Shown piece after piece: positions 40,641 to 54,564 of a stretch of DNA of 64,000 nucleotides. Position 1 is the stretch's first letter. The number at the start of each line of letters is the position of its first letter. Origin of the DNA: Octopus vulgaris (taxonomy: Eukaryota). Below the pieces are notes generated by a model that made no database searches, had not been told where the DNA came from, and saw nothing but the letters and a program-made list of their open reading frames with translations. Location: positions 144,274,001-144,338,000 of the forward strand of contig OX597814.1 in assembly GCA_951406725.2 (NCBI GenBank). Direction: 5' to 3'. The position numbers were made by a program, and so were the translations under genes.

Positions 40641-41387
40641 AAGCCACAGAAACAAATGGCAATATCACTGGGCTAAATGACAATATATGCAGCAGCCACT
40701 GCAGCCACAAAAGAAGCTGGGATACGCCCTCAAACCCATCCAAACAGGAGCACCACCACCCAAACAAACCCTGTGGATAAAGAATATCAAAAAAAAAAAA
40801 TGAGAAAAGACCTGTCGATTCTTAACGAAATTAGTAGACAGTCAACACTACTAAGTAACAAGAAGAAAACAAAAATACTGTGCAAATACAACATTACAGA
40901 AAAATATTCACCTGGGGTAAAAGAGAAGCTGAAGCAAGATATCCTTGCCAAAGCACAAATCATCCGCCGATATGAGAAACGCCAACGTTTCTTTGAACAA
41001 AACAAACAGTTCAACCCCAACCCCCAAAAATTCTACCAAGAGCTTGACAAAATTAAATAGACATCACTGCAGTACCAACAGCAGAAGAAGTGGAAGAATT
41101 CGGAAAGAAATATGGTCGGCGAAGGAACAAGTTCAGAAAAGGACTATTAAAACAACGAACTTAGCACATGAGCAACTCTGGACCCCTACAACAACTGAAG
41201 AGGTCACCCAGCACTGCAAAAACTAAGCAACTGGAAGGCACCTGGGCACGACAAGATACCAACTTTTGGTTGAAATATCTTATACAAGCAGAACCAGAGA
41301 CAATGCCTGAATGGCTCACGAAAGGGAAAACTATCCTAATTCCCAAATCCACTGGACCGGCAAAACCACAAAACTACAGGCCTATAA

Positions 41388-41390
<3 letters not shown>
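40641..41390 (+). pseudogene. R4/Dong-clade non-LTR retrotransposon RT fragment
   Basis: AKAQIIRRYEKRQ..QNKQF..KFYQEL, NWKAPGHDKIP, PEWLTKGKTILIPK..NYRPIT; frameshifted; begins at the TAA/TGA tract. Confidence 0.8.
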
Positions 41391-41428
<38 letters not shown>

Positions 41429-41508
41429 TATCTATAAATATATATGTATGTGTATATATATATATATATGTAAATGTAACTAGAATATATATTTGTATAT
41501 ATATATAT

Positions 41509-41869
41509 ACTAGCTGAAGGTGACCCGCTCTACGCGCGGGTAAGAGTGTCGTTGTTACTTTCTGTTGCTTCCTTTCAGCACGTAAAAAGCACCATCCGAA
41601 CGTGGCGGATTGCAGCGCCGCCTTGACTGGCTTCTGTGCTGGTGGCACGTAAAAAGCACCAACCGATCGTGGCCGCTGCCAGCCCCCTGGCACCTGTGCC
41701 GGCGGCACGAAAAAAGCACCCACTACACTCACAGAGTGGTTGGCGTTAGGAAGGGCATCCACCTGTAGAAACACTGCCAGATCAGACTGGAGCCCGGTGC
41801 AGCCTCCTGGCTTCCCAGACCCCGGTCAAACTGTCCAACCCGTGCTAGCACGGAAAACGGATGTTAAAC

Positions 41870-41906
<37 letters not shown>

Positions 41907-42700
41907 CTCCCTCCTTTCTCTCTCACTTTCCCACTCTGTTACTCTTCCCTTCTCTCGGACTCTCCCTCGCTTTCTCTTACTCTCTATCTTTATCTATCTC
42001 TCTCCCATTTATAAACAACAAAAGATCTTGAGTAAGTTGAGAAATAAAATATTTAGAAAGATCAATCATAGATATCAGGCAGTAACAACGGAAAGGTCTG
42101 CTTCAAGGCAGACAGCAAAACACTAACATTTAAAAGGGACAGACGAACTTGCGAGCTGAATAAAAATAATAAAATATTGGAAACCAAAGTTTGAAGGGAT
42201 ATAATTTGAGGATAGTAGAGTTACCATGGCTGGCATTTCTTAACAACGGACAGCAACGTATTGACTGTTTAACGGCTGGCGTAAAATTTTGAACTTGATG
42301 TAAAAGAAAATCCCTAAACACCAAGTTTTGAATTGATTCTTTCTCGCGACAGTAGACTCACCATGGCAAGCATTCAAAACTTCTTCATCATGGACAGCAA
42401 CACATTGACGATTAAAAGGCTGGCGCAAATTTTTTAGCTTGATGTAACAGAGAATTGCTAAACACCCGCTCCTTTAAATTTTAATTTCCTTCAAGCCCCA
42501 TTTAGACCCCTTTTCACATTTTGGTTAATATAACCCGATTTCATTCGGGCCTACTGGGACTACATTTTATAAGATGAGGAATTTTGTCCTAGAGGTCACG
42601 CCTTTCATTTGAGGAAAAAAATAGTTGTCATGCAAACTTGCCAGCACTTTTAACATAGGTGTGCATATTTTCAGCTCAACCGACCACATAATGCACACAT
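41509..42700 (+). mobile_element. Probable Helitron/Helentron-related element with nested SINE and internal tandem duplication
   Basis: Starts ACTAGC..ACCCGC.CTAC.GCGGGT hairpin like 29891; two ~130-bp diverged units at ~42185-42470. Confidence 0.45.
41575..41905 (+). mobile_element. SINE with repeated CACGTAAAAAGCACC motif and (GAT)n tail
   Basis: Three AAAAAGCACC units, GGCGTTAGGAAGGGCATCC motif, ends AAACGATGATG.. Confidence 0.7.
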
Positions 42701-42782
<82 letters not shown>

Positions 42783-43654
42783 GGAGTCTCTCTCATACGT
42801 GAGCGTTGACGCTGAATTCGACTGGTAAGCAGGTAACCTTGTCTTTGTTGAAATAGTTGTGAGCTGCTTGAGTTATTTCTCTGACGGGTAATAAGAATTT
42901 TCATATCCTCCGAGGAAACGAACTGTTGACCCAGACAATTAGAATTAATTTTAATAAAAGCATCAATTTAAGAAAAAATAATAAAGTAGTAAAAAATGAA
43001 AATTTAGCACGAAAAATTTGCAGGGTTCTAAATAAATGTTAAAATGTAATAGATACGAAAAACCTATGTTATCACCAGAACACGAACGCTCGTTGGTGTG
43101 TTCTGTTTGTATTTGGTCGATTGGCGCGTTGACAGGTAGACAATAGAATGCGATGGCGATGGCGATGGAATATTTGTTTCTCTCTATGAATGCAGACAGA
43201 TACATAAGTGAAAGTTATGGGAAGGTAAGAAATAGAGTGAGTGAAAATGTGCTGGGAAGAGAGGAAATAGCGAGAATGAGTTGAGGAAGACAGATACATT
43301 AAATAACGAGAGTGGACAAAGTTATAAATGAAGAGGAGTTAGAGGGGAATGGAGAAAATAGCGTGAGTGAGGAAGATGGCCCCTAGCAACGACACCTTTT
43401 AAGATAGGGATTTCTAAGGTAGCCCACGGGCATCGTCACCTCATTTTACATGTACCTGTAAATTTTGGAGTGAATCGGACGAGATGTAGTGGCATTGAAA
43501 GCGATCCAAGCGGTAAAAACGCATTTCAGTTTTATATATATATATATATATATATATTCATATACATAGACATGCAAACATGCACATATATATAGATAAA
43601 TGTATGTGTGCATGTGTGTATACATATGTCTACACACACATATATGCATGTATG

Positions 43655-43699
<45 letters not shown>

Positions 43700-43703
43700 C
43701 TAT

Positions 43704-43954
43704 AATTATATACCTAATTATAATCAGGGGTCAGCTAATTGCTTCGCCACGTACCGAAATTAGAAATAGACGCTAATGTCATTTCAACTACCATAAGTAT
43801 CTCCGAGACAATAACACAGTCCTGTGGATTCATCATTTTCCTTTTTGCCTACATAGATAAGTGTGTTACTGTCTCGGAGATACTTATGGTAGCTGAAATT
43901 TCGGTACGTGGCGAAGCAATTAGCTGACCCCTGATTATAATTACGTATATAATT
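43704..43954. repeat. Inverted repeat (arms 43704-43818 / 43862-43954)
   Basis: Reverse-complement arms with one ~22-bp indel, next to a TA tract. Confidence 0.85.
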
Positions 43955-44047
43955 CATCTAAAAAGGTTATTTTAACGTACCGACTACTTCGTAGAATTAT
44001 TAATTATTGATCAATTAATTAATTAATCTTACCTATATAGATAGATT

Positions 44048-44125
<78 letters not shown>

Positions 44126-44139
44126 CAGACAGATAGATA

Positions 44140-44326
44140 GACAAACAAGGACAGAAAAAGGGATTAAGTCGATTGCATCGACACCAGTGTGTAACTGGTA
44201 CTTTATTTATCGACCCCGAAAGGATGAAAGGCAAAGTCGACCTCAGCGGAATTTGAACTCAGAACGTAACGACGGATGAAATACCGCTAAGCATTTCGCC
44301 CGGTGTGCTAACGTTTCTGCCAGCTC
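44140..44326 (-). mobile_element. SINE family A within a (GATA)n tract
   Basis: Core motif on the minus strand; GATA repeats on both sides. Confidence 0.85.
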
Positions 44327-44430
<104 letters not shown>

Positions 44431-45032
44431 TTATGTTCGTATATATGAAGCGATGAACTATAGCCAATGTCGTCAACGATATCACTGCTACTTCACTGAT
44501 GCTGCCGGCGTTGTCAATATGAGGTTCTACGCGTACGCGTATACGTGTATGCACGAAAGTGTGAGTGCGTCTATGTTGTCACGGTTGATATTTTGTTATT
44601 GGTGCTGGTAGTAGTTGTTCGTTATATAACGTGATAATATCACATTTGCCTGCAGCCTGCTGAAAGATATAAACAACCGTTGTTGTGACTCACTCTGTGT
44701 ATCAACGTATCAAGTAAAGGACCGCCACCTTCATTTAATAACGATGCCTTTATTTGTCGACTGATGTTGTCAACGTCAGCGAATCAAATAGTCAAACATA
44801 CATCATGTGACATCGTTAAACGAATACAATAATTTTTTTCTCTTTTTATCTCTCTATAATATGCATTTCCCCCGTAGTTGGTGGTTTATTAGTTGAGTTG
44901 CTTGTATTTTCGTTGTATTTTTTTTTTCATTTATTCTCCTTTCACATCATTTACATGTGTATATGAGTGCATTCTATATATATACATACATACATATATA
45001 CATACATACACACATATACACTCATATACACA

Positions 45033-45076
<44 letters not shown>

Positions 45077-45130
45077 TGTATACACACATATATATACATA
45101 TATACATACAGTTAGATAGATAGATAGGTT

Positions 45131-45251
<121 letters not shown>

Positions 45252-46106
45252 CAAAAATGGGACAAGAACGGAAACCATCCAGACAGTTAGGTGAAACAAA
45301 AAAAGGGAAAACAAAATACCCAACAGACGATACAAGGAACGCAAGGACGGATCAGTCGGAGTTTTCTATCCTCATATATATATATAATGAGGACGTTATA
45401 ATGGTTTGAGTGTTGCGCTCATGAGGTCGTGATTTCGATTCCTAGTTCGCATGATGTGTTGTATTCTTGAATAAAATATTTCATATCATGTTGCTCTGCG
45501 AACACTTTGATATTTGTCATCACTTTGACACCACGTCGATTTAATGGAGGAAATGAGCAAATGTATGCCACATACATTTGATCACTCTATATATACATAC
45601 GCACATACATTCATACATACATACATACAACAAATATTTATAGCTGTGGATGTGTAAATATATATTTGTAGGTCTATATACATACATAAATACAGCTAAA
45701 CATATGCATATACACGCACACACACACACACATACACACACACATAAATACATACGCACACACATTAACATGTGTGTGTTTGTGTGTATGTGTGCGCGCG
45801 TGCGCTCATGTGTATATTTTATTTTCTACTTTCTCTGCTCCAACATTCTCAATTCTTCCGCCAAAATGCAAAAGAAGAAAAAACCTTAACGTTTTCCTTC
45901 AGTTAAAATTACTTGCCTAATACATTAAGTATAACAAAATTAAATGAATATTTCGCTGGATGCAATAATCTGCATTTTATCCAAGCACCCGAAGGATTCG
46001 TTACTCCGATAAATACAAGAGAAACGTCCCCATAAATGAAACGTTTCCCGTACTAAATACACGTAAAAGGCAGAAATACCCCTATACCCACAGAGTATAC
46101 ATACAC

Positions 46107-46272
46107 AGGTGTAGGAGTGGCTGTGCGATAAGTAGCTTGCTTACGAACCGCATGGTTCCTGGTTCAGCCCCACTGCGTGGCACTTTGGGCAAGTGTTTTC
46201 TAGTATAGCCTCGGGCCGACCAAAGCCTTGTGAGTGGATTTGGTAAACGGAAACTGAAAGAAGCCCGTCGTG

Positions 46273-46312
<40 letters not shown>

Positions 46313-46522
46313 ATCCAAACAAGAAAACACAAAAAAAAACACAACAACGCGGGGACGTGGAACAAATATAGTATTATTGGACGCTCAGGAAAGAAGGGAA
46401 GAAGGAGGGTTTAACGTTTCGAGCGGAGCTCTTCGTCGGAAACATAGGAGAAGGAAAGATCCAGAGAAGGGAAGACAGAGGGAAAAAAATTACCAACGGT
46501 ACACACGAGGTCACATTTTGAA

Positions 46523-46553
<31 letters not shown>

Positions 46554-46770
46554 TGTATATTTTTGTGTGTCTGTGTTTGTCACCCCAACATCGCTTGACA
46601 ACCGAAGCTGGAGTGTTTACGTCCCCGTAGTTAGCGGTTCGACAAATGGTTCGATAGAATACGTACTAGGCTTACAAAGAATAAGTCCTGGGGTTGATTT
46701 GCTCAACTAAAGGTGGTGCTCCGGCATGGCCACAGTCAAATGACTGAAACAAGCAAAAGAGTAAAAGAGT
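46107..46770 (+). mobile_element. SINE family B with a Penelope-like insert (46306-46522) in its internal TA tract
   Basis: Head 46107-46270 and tail 46560-46770 match 18639-19044. Confidence 0.85.
46410..46442 (-). ncRNA. Minimal hammerhead motif
   Basis: Minus strand: TTT-CCGACGA-A-GAGCtccGCTC-GAAACGTT-AAA. Confidence 0.6.
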
Positions 46771-47327
46771 AAGGAGGTATATTTGTAAATAGGTAGTTAG
46801 TAAGTAGGTGGATGGCTGGGTAGACAGATATGTTTTGAGATGATCTTCAACAGAAAGTATTGTAGTTAATTTGTTCAATAAAACTACCACCTTTCTAGTG
46901 TGTGTATGTGTGTGTGTGTCAGTCCGTCTGTGTGTTTGCATGTAAATGGCTGAATAATTCTACAGACGTATATAACTTTAACGTAATTCCTGTGCATATT
47001 TGCTTGAGACTCTTTCTGCCACGACAGGGGTTTTTTGTATAACCGGCTTCCACCCATTTTCCGTTTCCTTTAATTTCAAATACGAAGCCGTACCAAATCG
47101 TGGGTCAAGTGAAATACGCATGCGCAAGATCACATGTAGCAGGTTCGAACTGTACACTTCGTCATTGTTAAACTAACTTCTATGTCACCCGATCATGTTT
47201 GCACGTATATTTATACATATACACCCACGTACACGTATTTATAGCTGTGTATTCATATTTATACATACTTACACACACACACATACGTACATACATACAT
47301 ACATACATACATACATACATACATACA

Positions 47328-47359
<32 letters not shown>

Positions 47360-47427
47360 AACACACACACATATATATATACACATTCATTCACATATTC
47401 ATGTCTGCGAGAGAGAGAGAGAGAGAG

Positions 47428-47512
<85 letters not shown>

Positions 47513-47874
47513 GTCTGTGCGTGTGATATACTGGATACTGAAACTTCACAAATTGTCACTTGCTGCCGATATTCGGACGATTTTAAAAATGAGATTATTA
47601 ACTTTAGTAGTTAATAATTACACAGTAAAACCAAAAGAATCTTTTCTATATAAGAAAGAGTTCTGTCCACGACCTTCTATTAATTCCAGGTTATTTAATC
47701 CCCGATATCACCTTTATCTGCATTATTTCTCGTTATTATAGCAGGACATATAACGATGAGCTTGCTTTTTCATACATCCTCTGGTAATACAAGAGGAGAC
47801 GTCATCAATGACGTTTCCTGGGGTCATTAGATGTTTCACGTCTTTCGACTTTAGACACCCTCATGCCTTCACCC

Positions 47875-47995
47875 TACTAGCGTAGCTATGGGAGGGATAG
47901 GGGCGGCACTTTGGGGTCTACTGTAGTCAATATGTGCTTTTTGTGGAGCCCGAGGGCGGCAAACGGAAGCAGCACACTCTCTAGTTACGCTAGTG
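47875..47995. mobile_element. 121-bp hAT-type MITE
   Basis: TIRs ACTAGCGTAGCTA / TAGTTACGCTAGT; 8-bp TSD CTTCACCC/CCTCACCC. Confidence 0.72.
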
Positions 47996-48496
47996 CCTCA
48001 CCCAGGTGACCCAACCGGGGCTGATCAAGCCCCACTTTGTGTCCAGTTAGCACTATCCCTGGTAGTACTCGCCTTCCAAAGGTACGTGCCTCCTAATTCA
48101 TAGCGATCCTGAGACAATCTCCGTTGCTGTCACAGCTTAGTTGATGGCTATCCGCCTACTGGCTCCTGTGATGCCGAACTTGTTATAAACTCTGCAGAGA
48201 AACTGACTTTCAAATCCTCAGAACTGTTAGAAGGTCCAACTAAATGCTGTATGATTTTTCTTCCAACTCTGTGTGCTCTGAGTTAAAATCCCGCCGAGGT
48301 CAACCTTGTCTTTCATCTATCCGGGATCGATAAAAGAAAATACCTGTCAAATATTGATGGTAATGGTATTGATTTACCCCTCTTCAAAAATTGCTGGTTT
48401 TGTGCCTGAAAATTTATCGTTGTAACAAGACAGTTATAACAGGACACTTTGTAACTGTGACTTTGCTCATAACATACTATACATGACCTACATTAA

Positions 48497-48695
48497 TCTT
48501 TTCTACTTTAGGCACAAGGCCCGAAATTTTGGAGGAGTGGGGCCAGTCGAGTAGATCGAGTACTTAATTTATCGACCCGAAAGGATGAAAGGCAAAGTCG
48601 ACCTCGGCGGAATTTGAACTCAGAACGTAACGGCAGACGAAATACCGCTGAGCATTTCGCCTGGAGTGCTAACGTTTCTGCCAGCTCGCCGCCTT
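48497..48695 (-). mobile_element. SINE family A
   Basis: Well-preserved minus-strand copy. Confidence 0.88.
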
Positions 48696-48999
48696 AGACC
48701 AAAAACTATTGACTAGTATAATCTTTTCATATTCCAATAAATCATAGATATCATAAGATTGTTGACAGATGTGGGATTAAGATAAGCTATTCATATTGTA
48801 ACTATTTTAATATCAGAAACCTATCCATCAACGGCAATAGTCCTTCCACAAATGTAATTCCATTAGCAGTCATTGTTATTCGAAAGTGGTAATCTGCTGT
48901 GTTGCGTTAAAGTACAGTCAGAGACTGTACCCACTAAGTATCCACTAAGATTTACATCAACTCAAGCGAGAATGGCTTCAAAATTCCTTTTAATAAACG

Positions 49000-49319
49000 C
49001 ATTCATTCAGTTCTATATTTAAGAGATGAGGAATTATGTACATTATTTACATTATTTACATTCGACGGATATTTGTCATCATCCTGTTTGTTGTTAACAC
49101 AACGTTTCGGCTGATATACCCTTCAGCCTTCATTAGGTGTCTTGGGGAAATTTCGTACCTGGGTTCTCATTCCTAAGGTATTCTCATTCCTAAAAACCCA
49201 GGTTCGAAAATTTCCCCAAGACACCTGATGAAGGCTGGAGGGTATATCAGCTGAAACGTTGTGTTAACAACAAACAAAATGAAGACAAATATCCGTCGAA
49301 TGTAAATAATGTAAATAAT
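49000..49319. mobile_element. Inverted-repeat Penelope-like element (arms 49042-49165 / 49195-49319)
   Basis: Reverse-complement arms, each containing a hammerhead-like sequence. Confidence 0.8.
49220..49265 (+). ncRNA. Type I hammerhead ribozyme motif
   Basis: GACAC-CTGATGA-A-GGCTG..CAGCT-GAAAC-GTT-GTGTT. Confidence 0.8.
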
Positions 49320-49980
49320 ATAAACACATTCATATAATCAAGAAGTCTCAAAGGAAATTTCTCTCAAGCCTCTCTAAGTTTATATAGTTTTTAAAGAAAC
49401 GGGATCTTTGGCGTGTAAAATTTCAATAGACGATTCTCAGTTTTGCTATCATTATGAACAAAGGCGCACCAGACTGATGCCTGAGGGTTGCATCAAGTGA
49501 CTTCTAATGGCGGAAGCCTGAACTACAACAGGCTTGTCCTACAGAGAACATTTTCGGATACTTTTGGGTACCGCCTTGTATATATACGATGGGTTCCTTT
49601 CAGTTTCCGTCTACCAAATCAACTCGCAACGCTTTGTTCGGCCCGAGGCTATAGTAGTAGACAATTGCCCACGGTGCTACGCAGTGGAACTGAACCCGGA
49701 ACCATATAGCTGTGAAGCAAACTTCTTACCACACACACACGCGTGCGATGGGCGCCCACATAGTTTCCGTGTGTATTAAATTAACTCACAAGAATTCGGT
49801 CGGCACGGTGCTATTGTAGAAGACACTTTCTAAGGTGTTGCGCTGTGGGATTGAACCCCAAACAACATGTTTGCAAAGCGAGCCTCTTAACCACACAACG
49901 CATGTTTGCGCCAATATATTGCACCGCTAACATTATTTTTTTTTAATCGGATGTAATTTTTCATGTATTTATTTATCCAT

Positions 49981-50011
<31 letters not shown>

Positions 50012-50358
50012 CTCCACCTAAATTCTCACCTCATTAATTAATTCTGTATAGAAAAGAGAACGTTATGAAACAAGCTTTCGTTGCTCCCGACGATGGCGCC
50101 TCAGTTTCTAGTCGGAGTGAATGTCTCTTTGTTAACACTGTCATCAGTGACCGATTCACGTTGATTTTATTTCGTTTTTATTATATTTTTTCCTTAATGG
50201 TTTCAGTTGATCTACTGCTGGAGCACAAAACTATAACATATACATACATATATACATGCACGCACAAACACAAACATACGCACACGAATACACATATATA
50301 TATATGCATACACACATGCATATGTAGTATATACATATATACACAGATATACACACAT

Positions 50359-50419
<61 letters not shown>

Positions 50420-50719
50420 CGTATACATACATGTACATGTGTATCTATATATACATATGTGTGTGTGTGTGTCTTGTACAAAAATAATAAAAAACAGTCT
50501 TAGGTTGACGTTCAGGAAAATACAGACACCTCCACATACATGCACACACACACATGCATACATACACATACATATATACACACATGCATACACACATACA
50601 CACACGCACACACACGCATCCATATATATATATATATACATACACATACACACTCGTACATATATACACATACATACATACACACATACACACACACGCG
50701 CGCACACATGCATACTAAC

Positions 50720-50760
<41 letters not shown>

Positions 50761-50876
50761 GACACACATACATACACACATGCACACATACTCATACATA
50801 CATCTATACATACACATATATACACATACACATTCACATATATACACACACATACACACATACACACACACACATA

Positions 50877-50908
<32 letters not shown>

Positions 50909-51139
50909 TGTACGAACAGGATAAAGAAGGAAGGGTAAAGAAAAAAAGAATTAGCGTGGAATGTTTCACGCTTTGAGTTTTATTGTATTACTTATTATTG
51001 CTCGAGGACTGGAAAATGTCCAGCCGTAAATACCTATACAATTTTAGAAAGTGGTCAACAAAAAGAGCTTCCCGATTTGTGAGAAACAGCGGCTAAATCT
51101 CCCTCAAATTTCGCCTCCTTGTTTAAAAATAAAAATAAA

Positions 51140-51780
51140 AAGTGTGGCAGTGTTATAAGATGTTTGCTTTCTATAAGGCGGCGAGCTGGCAGAAACGTTA
51201 ACACGCCGGGCGAAATGCTTAGCGATATTTCGTCTGCCGTTACGTTCTGAGTTCGAATTCCGCCGAGGTCGACTTTGCCTTTCATCCTTTCGGGGTCGAT
51301 AAATTAAGTACAAGTTACGCACTGGGGTCGATGTAATCGACTTAATCTTTTTGTCTGTCCTTGTTTGTCCCCTCTATATTTAGCCCCTTGTGAGCAATAA
51401 AGAAATAAGATGTTTGCTTTCTAACCACATGGTTCCGGGTTCAATCTTACTGTGTCGCACTTTGCGCAAATGTCTTCCACTGTAGCCTAGGGCTGATCAA
51501 AACCTTGTGAGTGGGTGTGGTAGAGAGAAACTGAAAGAAGCTCGTCGTTTATATGTGTGTGTGTGTGCTTGTGTGTGTGTATGTATCAATGTGTGCGTGT
51601 GAATGTATGTGTGTGTGTTTACGTCGCCATATTCTAGAGGTTCGGCAAAAGAGCCCGATAGTATAAGTGCTCGGCTTAAAATAGAAATATGTACTGGGGT
51701 TGCTTCATTCGACTGAAATTGTTCAAGACAGTACTCCAGCATGGCCGTAGCCTTGTAACTGTAACAAGTAAAAGATAAAA
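51140..51780 (+). mobile_element. SINE family B interrupted by SINE family A (~51175-51404)
   Basis: 19-bp TSD ATAAGATGTTTGCTTTCTA at 51155-51173 and 51405-51423. Confidence 0.88.
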
Positions 51781-52137
51781 TACAATAAACGACGTGCCCC
51801 AACATATACAAGCATAGTTTTGCTCGATGATTTTTGACCTTCAGTTAAACAGGGTATAGTCGTTCTTCCTTGGTATTGCCAACTCATTCATCGTTTTGCT
51901 TTTTTGCCTTTTTGCCTTTGAAAATCGATTTCTAGCACTATCCGCGGGTGCCTCGGGAAGAATAAGTTCACGAACGCACAGCCATGCTCGTGACCAATAT
52001 CCTTCTAAAATTGGAGCGACATGCGTGCTAATTTGAGGATGTGCATAAAGTACAATCACATACACACACATACGCACACACACACATCCTACCTTTTATA
52101 GATATAAATAAAATCAAAATAACCAACAGGATATCAA

Positions 52138-52354
52138 GAGGTGATGTAGTACGACAGTTTCAAGCGGCTCCATTTAATTGAACAATGCAATCATTACACC
52201 AGTTTAAATGCAGGGCTATACGGCTGATTAAAAAAATTCTATTTATTTATTTATGCAGCTGAGGATAGCCCTGCATTGAAATTGATGTAATGATTGCATT
52301 GTTCAATTAAATGGAGCCGCTTGAAACGGTCGTACTGCATCACTGCATCACCTC
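52138..52354. mobile_element. Inverted-repeat Penelope-like element (arms 52138-52219 / 52265-52354)
   Basis: Reverse-complement arms. Confidence 0.75.
52253..52340 (+). ncRNA. Long-stem-II hammerhead motif
   Basis: ATGCAG-CTGAGGA-(57 nt)-GAAAC-GGTC-GTA-CTGCAT; perfect 6-bp stem I. Confidence 0.75.
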
Positions 52355-52659
52355 TGAATATGCTGCTGCTTATATATATATGTACATATATATATATAGG
52401 GGGAGTGAGTGTGTGCATGCATGCGTGTGTGTGTGTGTTCGTGTGTGTGTTTGTTATCCCACACAGCGCTTTACAACCGGTGTTGGTTTACTTACGCCCC
52501 TGAAATTCATTGGTTCGGCAAAAGAGACGCGTAGAATAAGTAATAGACTTCAAAATAAATACAGGGGTCAATTTTTTCGACTAAATCCTTCAAAGCAATG
52601 ACCCAGCATGGCCGCAGTCTAATGACTTAAGTAAGTTCTTCTATTTTTTCATTTTTTTT

Positions 52660-52864
52660 TTTAACTTTCGCCAGTCTTTGAATTGCGGCGATGCTGGGGC
52701 AACGCCTTGAAATGTTTAGTTAAACAAATCGATACCAGTACATATTTTTGTAAGAATCTGACCCCAATTCTATCGGTCTCTTTTACTGAGCCGCTATATG
52801 TCGGGGACGTAAACAACCCCACATTGATTGTCGAGGAGTGGAGAGACAAACACAGATGCGCGCG

Positions 52865-52961
<97 letters not shown>

Positions 52962-53165
52962 GCACACATACACACACCAACACATATATACATAAAACAG
53001 ACCCTACACACACACGTCTTACGTCAACCAAATTTATTCATAAGGCATTGATCGGCCCCGGGCTATAGTAAAAGACACTTACCCAAGATGCCGTGCAGTA
53101 GGCTTGAACCAGAAGCTAAGTGGTTACGAAGCCAGCTTCGCAACCACGTGGTCATGCCTGCGCTA
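52660..53165 (-). mobile_element. SINE family B, diverged, with internal (CA)n
   Basis: Minus-strand head at 53020-53165 and tail at 52660-52850. Confidence 0.75.
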
Positions 53166-54519
53166 TATAGTTTTTTGTATGCGTGAGAAGTCCAAGGAGA
53201 CGGAAATGTTTAGGGGTTTTATCTTAATTTTAAAAATGCAAATATGAATGGAGTGGAAAATAGGCTTTTATTTCTAGCAAATCGAACTACCACGTAGGGG
53301 CTTCCACATTGTTTCAAACACAGTGCATGTTTTGATTTGCTGCCGTAAACCTCATAAATCCACCCCTGTTTTATATTTTATTTTATATTTATGTATAAAA
53401 CAGGGAGCTTGGCTCGCGCCACTGGTCAATAATAATGATTATAATAATAGGATAGATGTTAAAAGCTTTTGCTCTTCGCTTATCATTAGACAATGACAGA
53501 AAGGAGAGCGAGATGTAGTCGAAGAGAGAGAGAAAGAGTGAAGCAGACGGGCAGGTAGAGAGGGAGTAAAGAAGGGAGAGAAAGGAAAACAGAGAGAAAG
53601 AGAAGGGGGCTATAGAGAAATAAAAACAGCGATGTACCTAAAGGGACAAAATTATAGAGAGGGTGAGAGAAGGAAGATGAGAGAGAGCGAAAACAGCAAC
53701 AGACAGGACATGACCTTTATAGACACCGAGCTTTCATAGCGTGAAGGAGAAGGTCAATGTAAGTTAGAATATAAAGTTAACAAAAACAAACATAACAAAA
53801 GGCTTCACTTAATTGTTATAGGAGCGTGTATAATCTTTCTTTTTTTCTTCCCGCTTTCTTACATTATCTCTCTTCCTCTCTCTTCCATTTGTAATTCCTT
53901 TTTCCGCCTTTAAATATCGTTTATTTACCCCTTTTTTTTCTATGGTAATTTCTTTCTATTTATTTCAATCTTTTAATTTTTATATTTCTTTCTATAGTAA
54001 TTTGTTGCTTTTTTTCCTCCTATAATTCTTTCTTTATTTCTTTATGTTTTGTTATTGTTGTTGTTGTTGTTTTTCTTCTATTTGACCACAAACTATTCAA
54101 GTGTGTGATTTAGCATGAAGTTAAAAGAGATAAATATTAACTTAGTTATTGAAGAGCTTCTGTGTATTTGTATATGTGTATATGAGTAGGTATGGGTACG
54201 TGTGAGTCACTGTGTGTATGAATGAAGTAGGGGGCGTAACCCCCGTGACAAAACAAAAAAAATTCAATAAATATTAGAATAAAATCGAAGAAAAGACTAC
54301 AAACAAAATAAAAAGTGAATGAACCCAGTTAAGAGGCTGAAAATAGCTGTTGACACAGAGGTCAGGATTGTCGTTACACATCCATGAACAAGCCTGACTG
54401 GAGAAAGACTGAAGCCGTGAAAAAGTACACATATTATTTGTTGCGTATGGAGTAAGAACAAGACATGCGCATATACATACACACAAGCACACACAAGCAC
54501 ACACACATATTTATCTATG

Positions 54520-54559
<40 letters not shown>

Positions 54560-54564
<5 letters not shown>

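Noticed and set aside
41575-41725. Three regularly spaced CACG.AAAAAGCACC repeats resembling a CRISPR array
   Set aside because: Eukaryotic context, only three short units with related spacers, no cas genes; internal repeat of a SINE
50070-50112. Hammerhead-like CTGAGGC..GAAAGCTT on the minus strand
   Set aside because: Core mutated and stem II does not pair well; at most a decayed copy
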